DNA from: Gemmatimonadales bacterium
GTDB taxonomy: Bacteria > Gemmatimonadota > Gemmatimonadetes > Gemmatimonadales > Gemmatimonadaceae
Length of the DNA: 64,000 bases
Direction of reading: 5' to 3'
Assembly (NCBI GenBank): GCA_035306065.1
Contig: DATGOL010000029.1
Coordinates: 5,156-69,155 of the forward strand
The stretch's first letter is position 1, and each line of letters opens with the position of its first letter. A program made the translations under genes and the position numbers. Positions 56,419 through 64,000 of the stretch are shown piece after piece. The notes under the pieces were generated by a model. It was not told the DNA's origin, made no database searches, and was given only the letters and a program-made list of their open reading frames with translations.

Positions 56419-57563
56419 TCGTGGAAAAGCTCGGTAACGAGGCGCCTGGCTTCCGCATCCGCGGCAAGCAGTGCGTCTCGTGAATCAGCAGAAGCGCCGG
56501 ACAGTCGCGACAAGGCGTGCTCCACGGCGCGGGGAATATCGGTGAAAGCTACGGCTCCTCCAAGGAAGAGGGCGACCGCTGCCTCATTTGCTGCATTGTA
56601 AACGGCCGGCGCAGCCCCACCAGCTCGTCCCGCATTCGTACCCAGCTCCAGCATCGGGAATCTGTCGTAGCGCACGGGCTCGAAGGTCAGCGGCGAGAGC
56701 TCCACCGGGTCGAATGTTGGTACACCGGTGTCCGTAAGGCGCTCCGGATGCGTGAGTGCGTAGAGTACCGGCAGCTCCATGCTTGGAACGCCCATCTGCG
56801 CAAGCACGCTGCCGTCCACAAACTCCACGAATGAGTGCACCACGCTCTGCGGATGCACAACCACGTCAATGCGGTCATACGGCAATCCGAAAAGAAAGTG
56901 CGCCTCTATCACCTCGAGCGCCTTGTTCGCAAGCGACGCACTGTCCACCGTGATCTTGCGACCCATCTGCCAGGTTGGATGCTGCAGTGCGTCCGCAAGC
57001 GTGGCGCGCTCGATGCGCTCGTCAGGCCAGGTGCGAAACGGGCCACCGGATGCGGTAAGTACGAGCCGACGAATCTCGGAAGCAGGCCTGCTCCCAATGC
57101 ACTGCAGGATTGCCGAATGCTCCGAATCCACCGGAACCAGCTCGCCGCCACCTTCTCGCGCTGCCGCCAGCACGAGGTTGCCGCCAACCACCAGCGTTTC
57201 CTTGTTTGCGAGAGCCACGCGCTTTCCATGGTACAGCGCCGCGAGCGTGGCATCGAGCCCGGCAGCCCCAACCACCGCGTTCAGAACGATGTGCGCACTC
57301 GGCAATGTTGCAGCCTCGATGAGGCACTCAGTGCCGCTCTTCCAATCGCCATTCGCACTGTCACCAACCATTCCCACGAACTCAGGACGGAATCGTTCCG
57401 CCTGCTCGCGCAGCAGCGCCTCGTTGCTGAAGGCAGTGAGCGCCGCAACGGAAAAACGATCGCGCTGCCTGTCGAGTACGCGAAGCGCAGTGGTTCCAAT
57501 GGAGCCGGTGGAGCCGAGAAGTGCGACACCCTGCGGCTCCGGAGTGGTGCGGGCGCCGGTCAT
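56412..57563 (-). CDS. dxr: 1-deoxy-D-xylulose 5-phosphate reductoisomerase
   Basis: LLGSTGSIGTTAL (NADPH site)...LANKE.LV.GG...VDSEHSA..Q......LTASGGPF...HP.W.MG.KI.VDSA...NK are Dxr motifs. Confidence 0.95.
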   Translation of the reverse strand: MTGARTTPEPQGVALLGSTGSIGTTALRVLDRQRDRFSVAALTAFSNEALLREQAERFRPEFVGMVGDSANGDWKSGTECLIEAATLPSAHIVLNAVVGAAGLDATLAALYHGKRVALANKETLVVGGNLVLAAAREGGGELVPVDSEHSAILQCIGSRPASEIRRLVLTASGGPFRTWPDERIERATLADALQHPTWQMGRKITVDSASLANKALEVIEAHFLFGLPYDRIDVVVHPQSVVHSFVEFVDGSVLAQMGVPSMELPVLYALTHPERLTDTGVPTFDPVELSPLTFEPVRYDRFPMLELGTNAGRAGGAAPAVYNAANEAAVALFLGGAVAFTDIPRAVEHALSRLSGASADSRDALLAADAEARRLVTELFHEC

Positions 57564-58417
57564 CGGATTGCCGGCACCATCAGGAACTCGATCAGGAAGT
57601 AGCCCAGGGGCAACGTGAACAACAGGCTGTCCAGGCGATCGAAAACACCGCCGTGTCCGGGAACGAGGTGAGAACTGTCCTTCACCCCTGCCTCACGCTT
57701 GAGCAGCGACTCCGCAAGATCTCCGACCTGCGCCGCTACACTGATGAGGGCACCGAACAGGAGTGCGCCAGCTGTCGTAAAGCCGAGACTTGCAACTTCG
57801 GGCAGCACGAACCGCCCGATGGCGAGCGCGAGCAGCATCGTGGTTACCAGCCCGCCTATGGCGCCTTCAACCGTCTTGCCCGGGCTGACGGCCGGAATGA
57901 GCTTTCGCCTCCCGAAGGTGCGCCCCACGAAATAGGCTCCGATGTCCGAGCCCCACGTTAGCAGCACGGGAAGCATGACGAGCGCGGTTCCGCCCAGCGC
58001 ATCCACGCTGAATCGGTGGTATCTCAGAGCATATGCAAAGCTCAGCATTCCGCCAATGTAAAGAACGCCGAACACCGTGATCGCCGTAGCGGCAAGCGGA
58101 TGGCCTTCAACACCCCGCGCCCAGATGGCAATGGCCAGCAGCCCGAGCATAACGAGCGCCAGTGCGCTGAGCGGAACGTTGAGCACGCGCAGGAAGTGCC
58201 CATGCACCACCAGTGGTACCGCGGCAGACAGTGCTATCCCAGCACCGGCAATCGGCCTGACGCCTGTGTGTCCGGCCATGCGATACAGCTCCCAGCTTGC
58301 CAGGGCAGCAGCAATGCCGAGCAGCGACGCCAGCCACGCATCGCCAAGAAAGATGATGAGTATGGTGACTGGCGCCGCGATCACGGCGAACAGCACCCGC
58401 AGGGTTAACTCGGACAA
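57560..58417 (-). CDS. cdsA: phosphatidate cytidylyltransferase
   Basis: Polytopic protein with the C-terminal CDS signature SLLKREAGVKDSSHLVPGHGGVFDRLDS. The start is uncertain: the track ORF starts at 58579, inside uppS. In-frame TTG 58417 or GTG 58396 lie just after the uppS stop (58450). Confidence 0.85.
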   Translation of the reverse strand: MSELTLRVLFAVIAAPVTILIIFLGDAWLASLLGIAAALASWELYRMAGHTGVRPIAGAGIALSAAVPLVVHGHFLRVLNVPLSALALVMLGLLAIAIWARGVEGHPLAATAITVFGVLYIGGMLSFAYALRYHRFSVDALGGTALVMLPVLLTWGSDIGAYFVGRTFGRRKLIPAVSPGKTVEGAIGGLVTTMLLALAIGRFVLPEVASLGFTTAGALLFGALISVAAQVGDLAESLLKREAGVKDSSHLVPGHGGVFDRLDSLLFTLPLGYFLIEFLMVPAIR

Positions 58418-58449
58418 TGGAAGGGGGACCGAAGCGGTGTCGCGCCGCG

Positions 58450-59205
58450 TCAGGCGGTAACGCGCCCGAACCTGCGATCGCGGTTCTGGTAGTCCACGAT
58501 CGCGGTGAACAGCTCGCGACGCGTGAAGTCCGGCCACAGTAGTGGCGAGATGTACAGCTCCGTGTAGGCAAGCTGCCACAGCAGGAAATTCGAGATGCGA
58601 AGTTCGCCGGAGGTACGGATAAGCAAGTCGGGGTCCGGAATGCCGCTGGTGTACAGCTCGGACTCGAACATGCGCTCGTCTATGGCGTCTGGTGCGAGCT
58701 CTCCGGCCGCAACGTGCTCCGCGAGCCTGCGCGCAACACGAACCAGTTCGGCGCGACTGCCATAGGATATGAACAGGTTGAGCAGCAGCCGGTCATTTCC
58801 AGCCGTCATATCAACCACGTGCTTCACGGCCCTGGCAGCAGCCGGCGTAAGGCGGGTAAGGTCTCCCAGCACCTGAACCCGTACACCCTGGGCATGAAGT
58901 TCGTCTGCCTCACGCGCCACATACTCCTCCAGCAGCGACATGAGGGCTGACACCTCGCTCTCCGGACGGTGCCAGTTTTCCTGCGAAAAGGCAAAGAGCG
59001 AGAGCACATCGAGGCCTGCCTGTACCGCACCCTCCACCACCTCACGCACAGACTTCATCCCTGACCGGTGCCCAACGGGGCGTGGAAGAAACCTCTCCCG
59101 CGCCCAGCGTCCGTTGCCGTCCATGATGATCGCTACGTGACGCGGCAGGTGGCCGTGCACGCGGATCCGCGCCAGCAACTCGGTGGCGACTGAATCCTCG
59201 GCCAT
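58450..59205 (-). CDS. uppS: undecaprenyl-diphosphate synthase (cis-prenyltransferase)
   Basis: PRHVAIIMDGNGRWA...G...LS.FAFS.ENW.RP..EV..LM.L...RISNFLLWQ.AY.ELY....LWPDF. Confidence 0.95.
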   Translation of the reverse strand: MAEDSVATELLARIRVHGHLPRHVAIIMDGNGRWARERFLPRPVGHRSGMKSVREVVEGAVQAGLDVLSLFAFSQENWHRPESEVSALMSLLEEYVAREADELHAQGVRVQVLGDLTRLTPAAARAVKHVVDMTAGNDRLLLNLFISYGSRAELVRVARRLAEHVAAGELAPDAIDERMFESELYTSGIPDPDLLIRTSGELRISNFLLWQLAYTELYISPLLWPDFTRRELFTAIVDYQNRDRRFGRVTA

Positions 59206-59209
59206 CGGC

Positions 59210-59773
59210 TCAGACTTCCATTATCTCGGCTTCCTTGCCCTTCACGAGCTCCTCCAGTCGGGCAATGCAGTCGTCGTGCACCTTCTGCAGGTCCTTCTCT
59301 GCCCTCTTCACCTCGTCTTCGGAAACGCCGTCCAGCTTCTTCAGCCTGTCGCGACCGTCGGTGCGCGCGTGCCTTACGGCTACGCGGCCCTCTTCGGCGA
59401 GCTTGTGCACCACCTTCACCATCTCGCGGCGGCGCTCCTCGTTCATGGGCGGAACCGGAACCCGGATCACAGCTCCCTGATTCGATGGCTCGAGGCCGAG
59501 GTCTGATTCGCGAATCGCCTTCTCGATTACCTTGGCCTGACCCTTGTCGTAAGGCGTGACGATGAGCAGGCGCGGCTCGGGCGAACTCACCGAGGCCACC
59601 TGGTTCAGCATCATCTGCTGCCCGTACACCTCCACGCGCACGGTATCCAGCAACTGCCCGCTGGCCTTTCCGGTTCGGATGCCCGAGAACTCGCGACGAG
59701 TGCTATCCACCGCCTTGTCCATGGCGGTGCGCACGTTATTCAGGATTTGAGAAGTGGAACTCATGGTTGTCAA
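59210..59773 (-). CDS. frr: ribosome recycling factor
   Basis: 187 aa. F..IRTG.AS..LLD.V.VE.YG....L.Q.A......PR.L.V.P.D are typical RRF motifs, with pyrH-frr synteny. Confidence 0.95.
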   Translation of the reverse strand: MTTMSSTSQILNNVRTAMDKAVDSTRREFSGIRTGKASGQLLDTVRVEVYGQQMMLNQVASVSSPEPRLLIVTPYDKGQAKVIEKAIRESDLGLEPSNQGAVIRVPVPPMNEERRREMVKVVHKLAEEGRVAVRHARTDGRDRLKKLDGVSEDEVKRAEKDLQKVHDDCIARLEELVKGKEAEIMEV

Positions 59774-59774
59774 A

Positions 59775-60488
59775 TCACTGCACGAGGGTGCCTACGCGCT
59801 CACCTCTGATCGCGCTGGCGATTGCCCCGGGCTGGTTGATGTTGAGAACGATCAGGGGTAGCTGATTTTCCTTGCACAGCGTGATGGCGGTCTGGTCCAT
59901 CACTGCAAGCTCCTTCACGATCGCATCGCGGTAGCTGATGGTCTCGTACAGCGTGGCCGACGGATCCTTGCGGGGATCGGCGGAATACACACCATCCACA
60001 CCCGTTGCCTTGATGATCAGTTGCGCCTTCATCTGAATTGCACGAAGAACTGCTGCCGTATCAGTGCTAAAGTATGGATTTCCGGTGCCTGCCGCAAAGA
60101 TCACCGTGCGTCCCTTCTCGAAGTGACGCAGCGCCCGACGACGAATATAGGGCTCGGCAAGTTCTTCCATGCGTATGGCGGTCATTGCACGCGTATCCAC
60201 CCCGGCGCGCTCCAGCACGTCCTGCAGCGCCAGTGCGTTGATCACCGTGCCAAGCATTCCCATATAATCGGCAGACACGCGGTCCATGCCCAACCGGGAA
60301 ATCTGCGACCCGCGTACGATATTGCCGCCACCGATAACGATTCCCACCTCGGCTCCGAGGCCAACCACGCTCTTTATCTCGGCGGCGAGCCGGGTGATGG
60401 TCTCGAAGTCGAGACCAAAACCCTTGTCACCAGCCAGGGCCTCCCCTGAAAGCTTGAGGAGTATGCGTCTGTAGACTAGCTCGGCCAC
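59775..60488 (-). CDS. pyrH: UMP kinase
   Basis: [18 protein letters not shown]......A.EI......G.EV..V.GGGNI.RG...MDR..ADYMGML.T.INAL.L. Confidence 0.95.
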   Translation of the reverse strand: MAELVYRRILLKLSGEALAGDKGFGLDFETITRLAAEIKSVVGLGAEVGIVIGGGNIVRGSQISRLGMDRVSADYMGMLGTVINALALQDVLERAGVDTRAMTAIRMEELAEPYIRRRALRHFEKGRTVIFAAGTGNPYFSTDTAAVLRAIQMKAQLIIKATGVDGVYSADPRKDPSATLYETISYRDAIVKELAVMDQTAITLCKENQLPLIVLNINQPGAIASAIRGERVGTLVQ

Positions 60489-60495
60489 TCTCGCC

Positions 60496-61098
60496 CTACT
60501 CGCCGAGCTGGAAGCGGACGAAGCGGCGAACCTGGATGTTCTCGCCCACCTTGGACGATGCCTCCTTGATGAGATCCGCTATCGTCTTCTTCGGCTCACG
60601 CACCCACGGCTGGGAGAGGAGCGCCACTTCCTTGTAGAACGACTCTACCTTGCCCTCGACCATCTTCTGGATGATCGCGTCCGGCTTGCCGCTCTGGCGA
60701 GCCTGGTCTTCAGCGATGCGGCGCTCCTTCTCTACAGCGTCAGCCGGGATGGAATCCTTGTCCACGCCCAGGGGGGCAGCTGCAGCGATGTGCTCGGCGA
60801 TGGTGCGTACGAGCTGCTGGAAGTCATCCGTGCGAGCTACGAAATCCGTTTCGCAGTTCAACTCGACGATTACGCCGAGCTTGCCGTTGTGGTGGATATA
60901 GCTGCCGATCATGCCTTCGGAGGTGGCGCGGCCGGTGCGGCTCTCCGCCTTTGCGATTCCCTTCTTTCGAAGGTACTCAACGGCCTTCTCCACGTCGCCG
61001 TCATTGGCCTCGAGAGCCTTCTTGCAATCCATCATTCCGGCGCCGGTGCGGCGACGGAGTTCCTGAACGTCTTTTGCGGTGAAAGTTGTAGCAGCCAT
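60496..61098 (-). CDS. tsf: elongation factor Ts (short ~200-aa form)
   Basis: [16 protein letters not shown].....[46 protein letters not shown] Shine-Dalgarno lies 9 nt upstream of the ATG at 61098. Confidence 0.93.
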   Translation of the reverse strand: MAATTFTAKDVQELRRRTGAGMMDCKKALEANDGDVEKAVEYLRKKGIAKAESRTGRATSEGMIGSYIHHNGKLGVIVELNCETDFVARTDDFQQLVRTIAEHIAAAAPLGVDKDSIPADAVEKERRIAEDQARQSGKPDAIIQKMVEGKVESFYKEVALLSQPWVREPKKTIADLIKEASSKVGENIQVRRFVRFQLGE

Positions 61099-61121
61099 TA
61101 GCTGAATCCTCGTTTCATGGA

Positions 61122-61149
61122 AACGCCGCCGGTTGTAGCCGGCGGCGTT
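61122..61149 (-). terminator. hairpin between rpsB and tsf (possible internal attenuator)
   Basis: AACGCCGCCGG-(6-nt loop)-CCGGCGGCGTT is a perfect 11-bp stem. On the minus strand it is followed by only TTT CC, so it is a weak or partial terminator. An rpsB-tsf intergenic attenuator is known in E. coli. Confidence 0.4.
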
Positions 61150-61230
61150 GACAAGTGTACTAGTAGGGGCGGAAGGACACTACCCGCCACCTGAAACCTG
61201 CGCCTCGGCGTGCGAATCGCCGGAGCCGGT

Positions 61231-62187
61231 TCACGCGCCTTCGCCCTGGCTGGCTTCGGCGGGAGCGGCCGGCTCTGCTGCTGCCGGAGCCGGAGCGGCT
61301 GAACCGGCGGCCGAGTCAGCTGCTGCACCTTCGGCGCTAGCGGCATCGGGGCCCTTGAGCTGGGCGGCGATTGCCTCGGGACGGGCGCGACGACGGCGGG
61401 GCCGACGACGCTTGCGACCATCCTCTGAAGACTCGGGCTCAGCGCCACGGTCCGAGCTGTAGGTGTAGGACTCGACCTCTTCGGACTCGTCACGCACCGG
61501 AGCCTCACGACGTGCCTCGGAGATGGTGTCCGCCAGGGCACGGGTCATCAGCTCGACCGACCGGATTGCGTCATCGTTGCCCGCGATAGGCACGGTGATC
61601 AGGTCCGGATCTGCGTTGGTATCGGTGATTGCGATGATCGGAATGCCAAGCTTGTTGGCTTCGTTTACCGCAATACGCTCCTTCTTGGAATCCACGACGA
61701 ACATGAGGCCTGGCAGGCGCGTCATGTTGCGAAGGCCGGAGAGGTTCTTCTCCAGCTTCTCGCGCTCGCGCGACAGAAGCAGCTGCTCCTTCTTGGTGTA
61801 GTTGGAGAACTCACCGCCCTCTTCGGAACCGGCAGCGAGCTCCTTCATCTTGCGGAGCTGCTTCTTCACGGTACCGAAGTTCGTGAGCAGGCCTCCGAGC
61901 CAGCGCTCGGTGACGTGCATGGCGCCGGCGCGCTCTGCCTCTTCGCGAACGATGGCAGACACCTGACGCTTGGTGCAGACGAAGAGGACCTGCTCGCCAC
62001 GAACGACTACTTCGCGCGCAAGCTGCTGAGCAGCCTCGAGCTGACGCAGCGTCTTCTGCAGGTCAATGATGTGGATTCCGTTGCGCTCGGCAAAGATGAA
62101 GCGGCGCATCTTGGGGTTCCAGCGACGGGTCTGGTGCCCGAAGTGTACCCCGGCCTTGAGGAGATCCTCGATTGCGGGTAGGGTCAT
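61231..62187 (-). CDS. rpsB: 30S ribosomal protein S2 with ~80-aa acidic/basic/Ala-rich C-terminal extension
   Basis: LLKAGVHFGHQTRRWNPKM..FIF..RNGIHIIDLQKT...VLFV.TK.Q...V.....R.G...V..RWLGG.LTNF is the S2 signature. The tail begins around residue 240. Confidence 0.95.
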   Translation of the reverse strand: MTLPAIEDLLKAGVHFGHQTRRWNPKMRRFIFAERNGIHIIDLQKTLRQLEAAQQLAREVVVRGEQVLFVCTKRQVSAIVREEAERAGAMHVTERWLGGLLTNFGTVKKQLRKMKELAAGSEEGGEFSNYTKKEQLLLSREREKLEKNLSGLRNMTRLPGLMFVVDSKKERIAVNEANKLGIPIIAITDTNADPDLITVPIAGNDDAIRSVELMTRALADTISEARREAPVRDESEEVESYTYSSDRGAEPESSEDGRKRRRPRRRRARPEAIAAQLKGPDAASAEGAAADSAAGSAAPAPAAAEPAAPAEASQGEGA

Positions 62188-62369
62188 TGCTCTTTACAAA
62201 AGGTTGGTTGAAAATCCTCCGCTTCCTTCGCTGCCTTGCCCACCGGCATGGCCGGACCCGGGCAATGACTCCGGAAGCGTGTGTGGTTTCGGTTGGGCAT
62301 CCCGCGGGAGCGGTGCAGGAATCGCCATTGGCGACGCTGCCTGCTCCTGCGGGGGATGCGCCAATCCGT

Positions 62370-62765
62370 TTAGCGCTTCGAGAACTGGAAGCGCTTGCGG
62401 GCCTTCGGACGGCCCGGCTTCTTGCGCTCCACTGCACGCGCATCACGCGTGAGCAGTCCGAGCTCGCGAAGCCTTACGCGGTACGACTCGTCGCCGGCGA
62501 CCAGTGCACGCGCGACAGCCAGGCGAAGGGCACCGGCCTGGCCGGAAGCACCGCCACCCGTCAGGTTCGCCTTCACGTCGAAGCTGCCGAGGGTATCAGT
62601 AGCCGCGAACGGCTGCTGAATCATGGAGACGAGTGTGGGACGCGGGAAGTAGTCGCCGAGGGTACGGCCGTTCACTTCCCACTTGCCCGAACCGGGCTTG
62701 AGATAAACGCGGCAAACGGCCTCCTTGCGGCGACCGACAGCGTGCAGAGTCTGGGAGTCTGCCAT
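62370..62765 (-). CDS. rpsI: 30S ribosomal protein S9
   Basis: 131 aa. A.GRRK.A.ARV.L.PG.G...VN.R....YF, with the C-terminus GLLTRDAR.VERKK.G..KARK..QFSKR. Confidence 0.95.
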   Translation of the reverse strand: MADSQTLHAVGRRKEAVCRVYLKPGSGKWEVNGRTLGDYFPRPTLVSMIQQPFAATDTLGSFDVKANLTGGGASGQAGALRLAVARALVAGDESYRVRLRELGLLTRDARAVERKKPGRPKARKRFQFSKR

Positions 62766-63214
62766 TACCTGGCCTCGAGGGAGCTGAAGGTCAACGGCTG
62801 CGGCTGCTGGGCAGCATGGGGATGCTCGGAGCCGGCGTAAACGCGCAGCTTGCGACGGAGCGTCTGGCGGGCAAGGCTGGTCTTGGGCAGCATGCCGTAG
62901 ACAGCCTTTTCGATCACGCGCTCCGGATGCTTGGCGAGCATGGTGCGGAAGGGCGTGAAGCGCTCGTGTCCCATGTAGCCGGTGTGACGGAAGTACTGCT
63001 TCTGATCCGCCTTGCGACCGGTGACGCGAACCTTGTCCGCATTGATGACGATGACATTGTCACCGGTATCCATATGCGGGGTGTAGATGGGCTTGTGCTT
63101 GCCGCGAATGACCTTGGCGATCTCGGCTGCGAGGCGGCCGAGCACCATGCCATCGGCATCCACCACGAACCAGCTGTGGCTGATGTCGGTGGGCTTGGCG
63201 CTGAACGTTTTCAT
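62765..63214 (-). CDS. rplM: 50S ribosomal protein L13
   Basis: W.VVDA.G..LGRLA..IA..IRGKHKP.YTPH.D.GD.V.VINA.KV..TG.K...K.Y..H. Confidence 0.95.
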   Translation of the reverse strand: MKTFSAKPTDISHSWFVVDADGMVLGRLAAEIAKVIRGKHKPIYTPHMDTGDNVIVINADKVRVTGRKADQKQYFRHTGYMGHERFTPFRTMLAKHPERVIEKAVYGMLPKTSLARQTLRRKLRVYAGSEHPHAAQQPQPLTFSSLEAR

Positions 63215-63310
63215 GAGGTAGGAATCGAACTAATGGGTCCTTCGCCTCACCGGTGCGGGTTGCAACCCGGGTCTCGGCCGCCATTCAAGGCAGTTTTTGG
63301 ACAGACTCGT

Positions 63311-63339
63311 AACGTACGCGAGGCTTTGGGAAGTGTCAA
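63311..63339 (-). promoter_or_regulatory. sigma70-like promoter for rplM-rpsI
   Basis: The minus strand reads TTGACA-N17-TACGTT, about 95 nt upstream of the rplM ATG. The leader contains a CGGGT-TGCA-ACCCG hairpin. Confidence 0.4.
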
Positions 63340-63353
63340 CGGGAGCAGCCGGG

Positions 63354-63854
63354 CTACTCCAACTCCACCAGCGCAGCCCCTTTCTCCACCGCCTGGCCAG
63401 CCTCCACCAGTACGCGAGACACCGTCCCACCCGTCGTGGCCCTGAGTTCGTTCTCCATCTTCATCGCTTCCATCACCACCAGTCCCTGCCCCGCCTCCAC
63501 CACCGCGCCCACCTCCACGTTCACGCGCACGATCATTCCGGGCATGGGAGCAACCAGAGGCTTCGGCCCTGCGGCCGCAGCAGATTGCTGCACCATGTCC
63601 TGGATGGCGCGTCGTCGCTCGTCCAGGGCCTCCACCTCGAATCGCCAGCCATCGAGGGAGATGGCGTAGCGGCCGCGCCCCGGAAGTCGCCGTACCGCTG
63701 CGCGATGCGCCAGTCCATTCGCATCGAGCCGGTACGTAGGAGTACCGGGAACGGCTGTGAGGTCAGCCTCCAGTGGTGCTCCGTCCACCAGCACCGAATT
63801 GTCGGAGAGTTCCACCTCCAGACGCCGCCCATCGACCTCCACCAGGTACTTCAT
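63354..63854 (-). CDS. biotin/lipoyl-attachment (biotin carboxyl carrier-like) protein
   Basis: C-terminal biotinylation motif [12 protein letters not shown] within a lipoyl-like fold ([24 protein letters not shown]...[20 protein letters not shown]). ATG 63854 (MKYLVEVDG) was chosen over the track's GTG 63884. ATGA overlap with the upstream stop. Confidence 0.8.
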   Translation of the reverse strand: MKYLVEVDGRRLEVELSDNSVLVDGAPLEADLTAVPGTPTYRLDANGLAHRAAVRRLPGRGRYAISLDGWRFEVEALDERRRAIQDMVQQSAAAAGPKPLVAPMPGMIVRVNVEVGAVVEAGQGLVVMEAMKMENELRATTGGTVSRVLVEAGQAVEKGAALVELE

Positions 63855-64000
63855 TCGCTGCTTGCCTCCTGAACGAACTCGCACACGACTTCCACGTGCG
63901 ACGTCTGCGGGAACATGTCAAATGCGCGAACCGACGCCACCTGCCACCCCGGCAGGCGGGTGACATCCCTTGCAAGGGTTGCAGGATTGCAGCTCACGTA
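63851..64000 (-). CDS. 3' end of a TrmA/RlmD-family RNA (uracil-5-)-methyltransferase; the gene continues beyond the window
   Basis: My own translation of the minus strand from the window edge gives [59 protein letters not shown] and DMFPQT.HVE are the C-terminal signatures of this family. This ORF is not in the supplied track because it is truncated by the window edge. Confidence 0.7.
   Translation of the reverse strand, partial: YVSCNPATLARDVTRLPGWQVASVRAFDMFPQTSHVEVVCEFVQEASSE

Noticed and set aside
58418-58579. N-terminal extension of the cdsA track ORF
   Set aside because: It lies inside uppS and is not hydrophobic or CdsA-like. A start just after the uppS stop is far more likely.
1-64000. 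Mobile elements, CRISPR arrays, prophage, toxin-antitoxin or defence-system genes
   Set aside because: I saw no transposase, integrase or recombinase motifs, no arrays of short direct repeats, no nuclease/ATPase/helicase defence signatures, and no island next to ssrA. The window is core housekeeping DNA.

Overview
This is a GC-rich bacterial chromosomal core region (roughly two-thirds G+C by eye, not computed; strong G/C third-position bias). It is densely packed, with many 1-23 nt start/stop overlaps. I can support about 62 protein genes, one tmRNA, and several sigma70-like promoters and hairpin terminators.

Gene content in order:
- 8-13052, minus strand: LytR_C protein, YqeK-like HD hydrolase, truncated GlmU-like protein, panC, panB, folK, folB, a polytopic MCP-like sensor, trpA, an HD-GYP protein, a HEAT-repeat protein, trpB, trpF, trpC.
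- 13172-16130: lexA (plus), then trpD and a GAF/coiled-coil protein (minus).
- 16258-29277, plus strand: truA, a transaldolase-like protein lacking the catalytic Lys, purB, purC, psd, pssA, purS, purQ, purL, purF, ppdK.
- 29385-32198: ssrA (tmRNA), larB-like gene, dusB (minus), ptsN (plus).
- 32314-53004, minus strand: guaA, a metallophosphoesterase, lysA, proS, hisS, folC, accD, rodA, mrdA, mreD, mreC, mreB, a SAM methyltransferase, ald, an M16 peptidase, pnp, rpsO.
- 53105-54700: a Hanks-type Ser/Thr kinase (plus).
- 54737-64000, minus strand: a small exported protein, rseP, dxr, cdsA, uppS, frr, pyrH, tsf, rpsB, rpsI, rplM, a biotinyl-carrier protein, and the 3' end of a TrmA/RlmD-type RNA methyltransferase.

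I saw no transposases, integrases, CRISPR arrays, prophage genes or recognisable defence genes, so most of the window is ordinary housekeeping DNA.

The most unusual feature is a three-gene signalling set (HEAT-repeat protein, HD-GYP protein, membrane MCP-like protein) translationally interleaved with trpB and trpA. Secondary oddities:
- two apparent pseudo-enzymes (Lys-less transaldolase-like, degenerate GlmU-like);
- psd-pssA embedded in the pur operon;
- Arg-rich or low-complexity tails on several housekeeping proteins;
- structured intergenic regions.

All family assignments come from motif recognition by eye; no database search was run. Start codons marked uncertain need experimental or comparative confirmation. 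The ORF track translates GTG/TTG starts as M, so several track ORFs are over-extended and I trimmed them.
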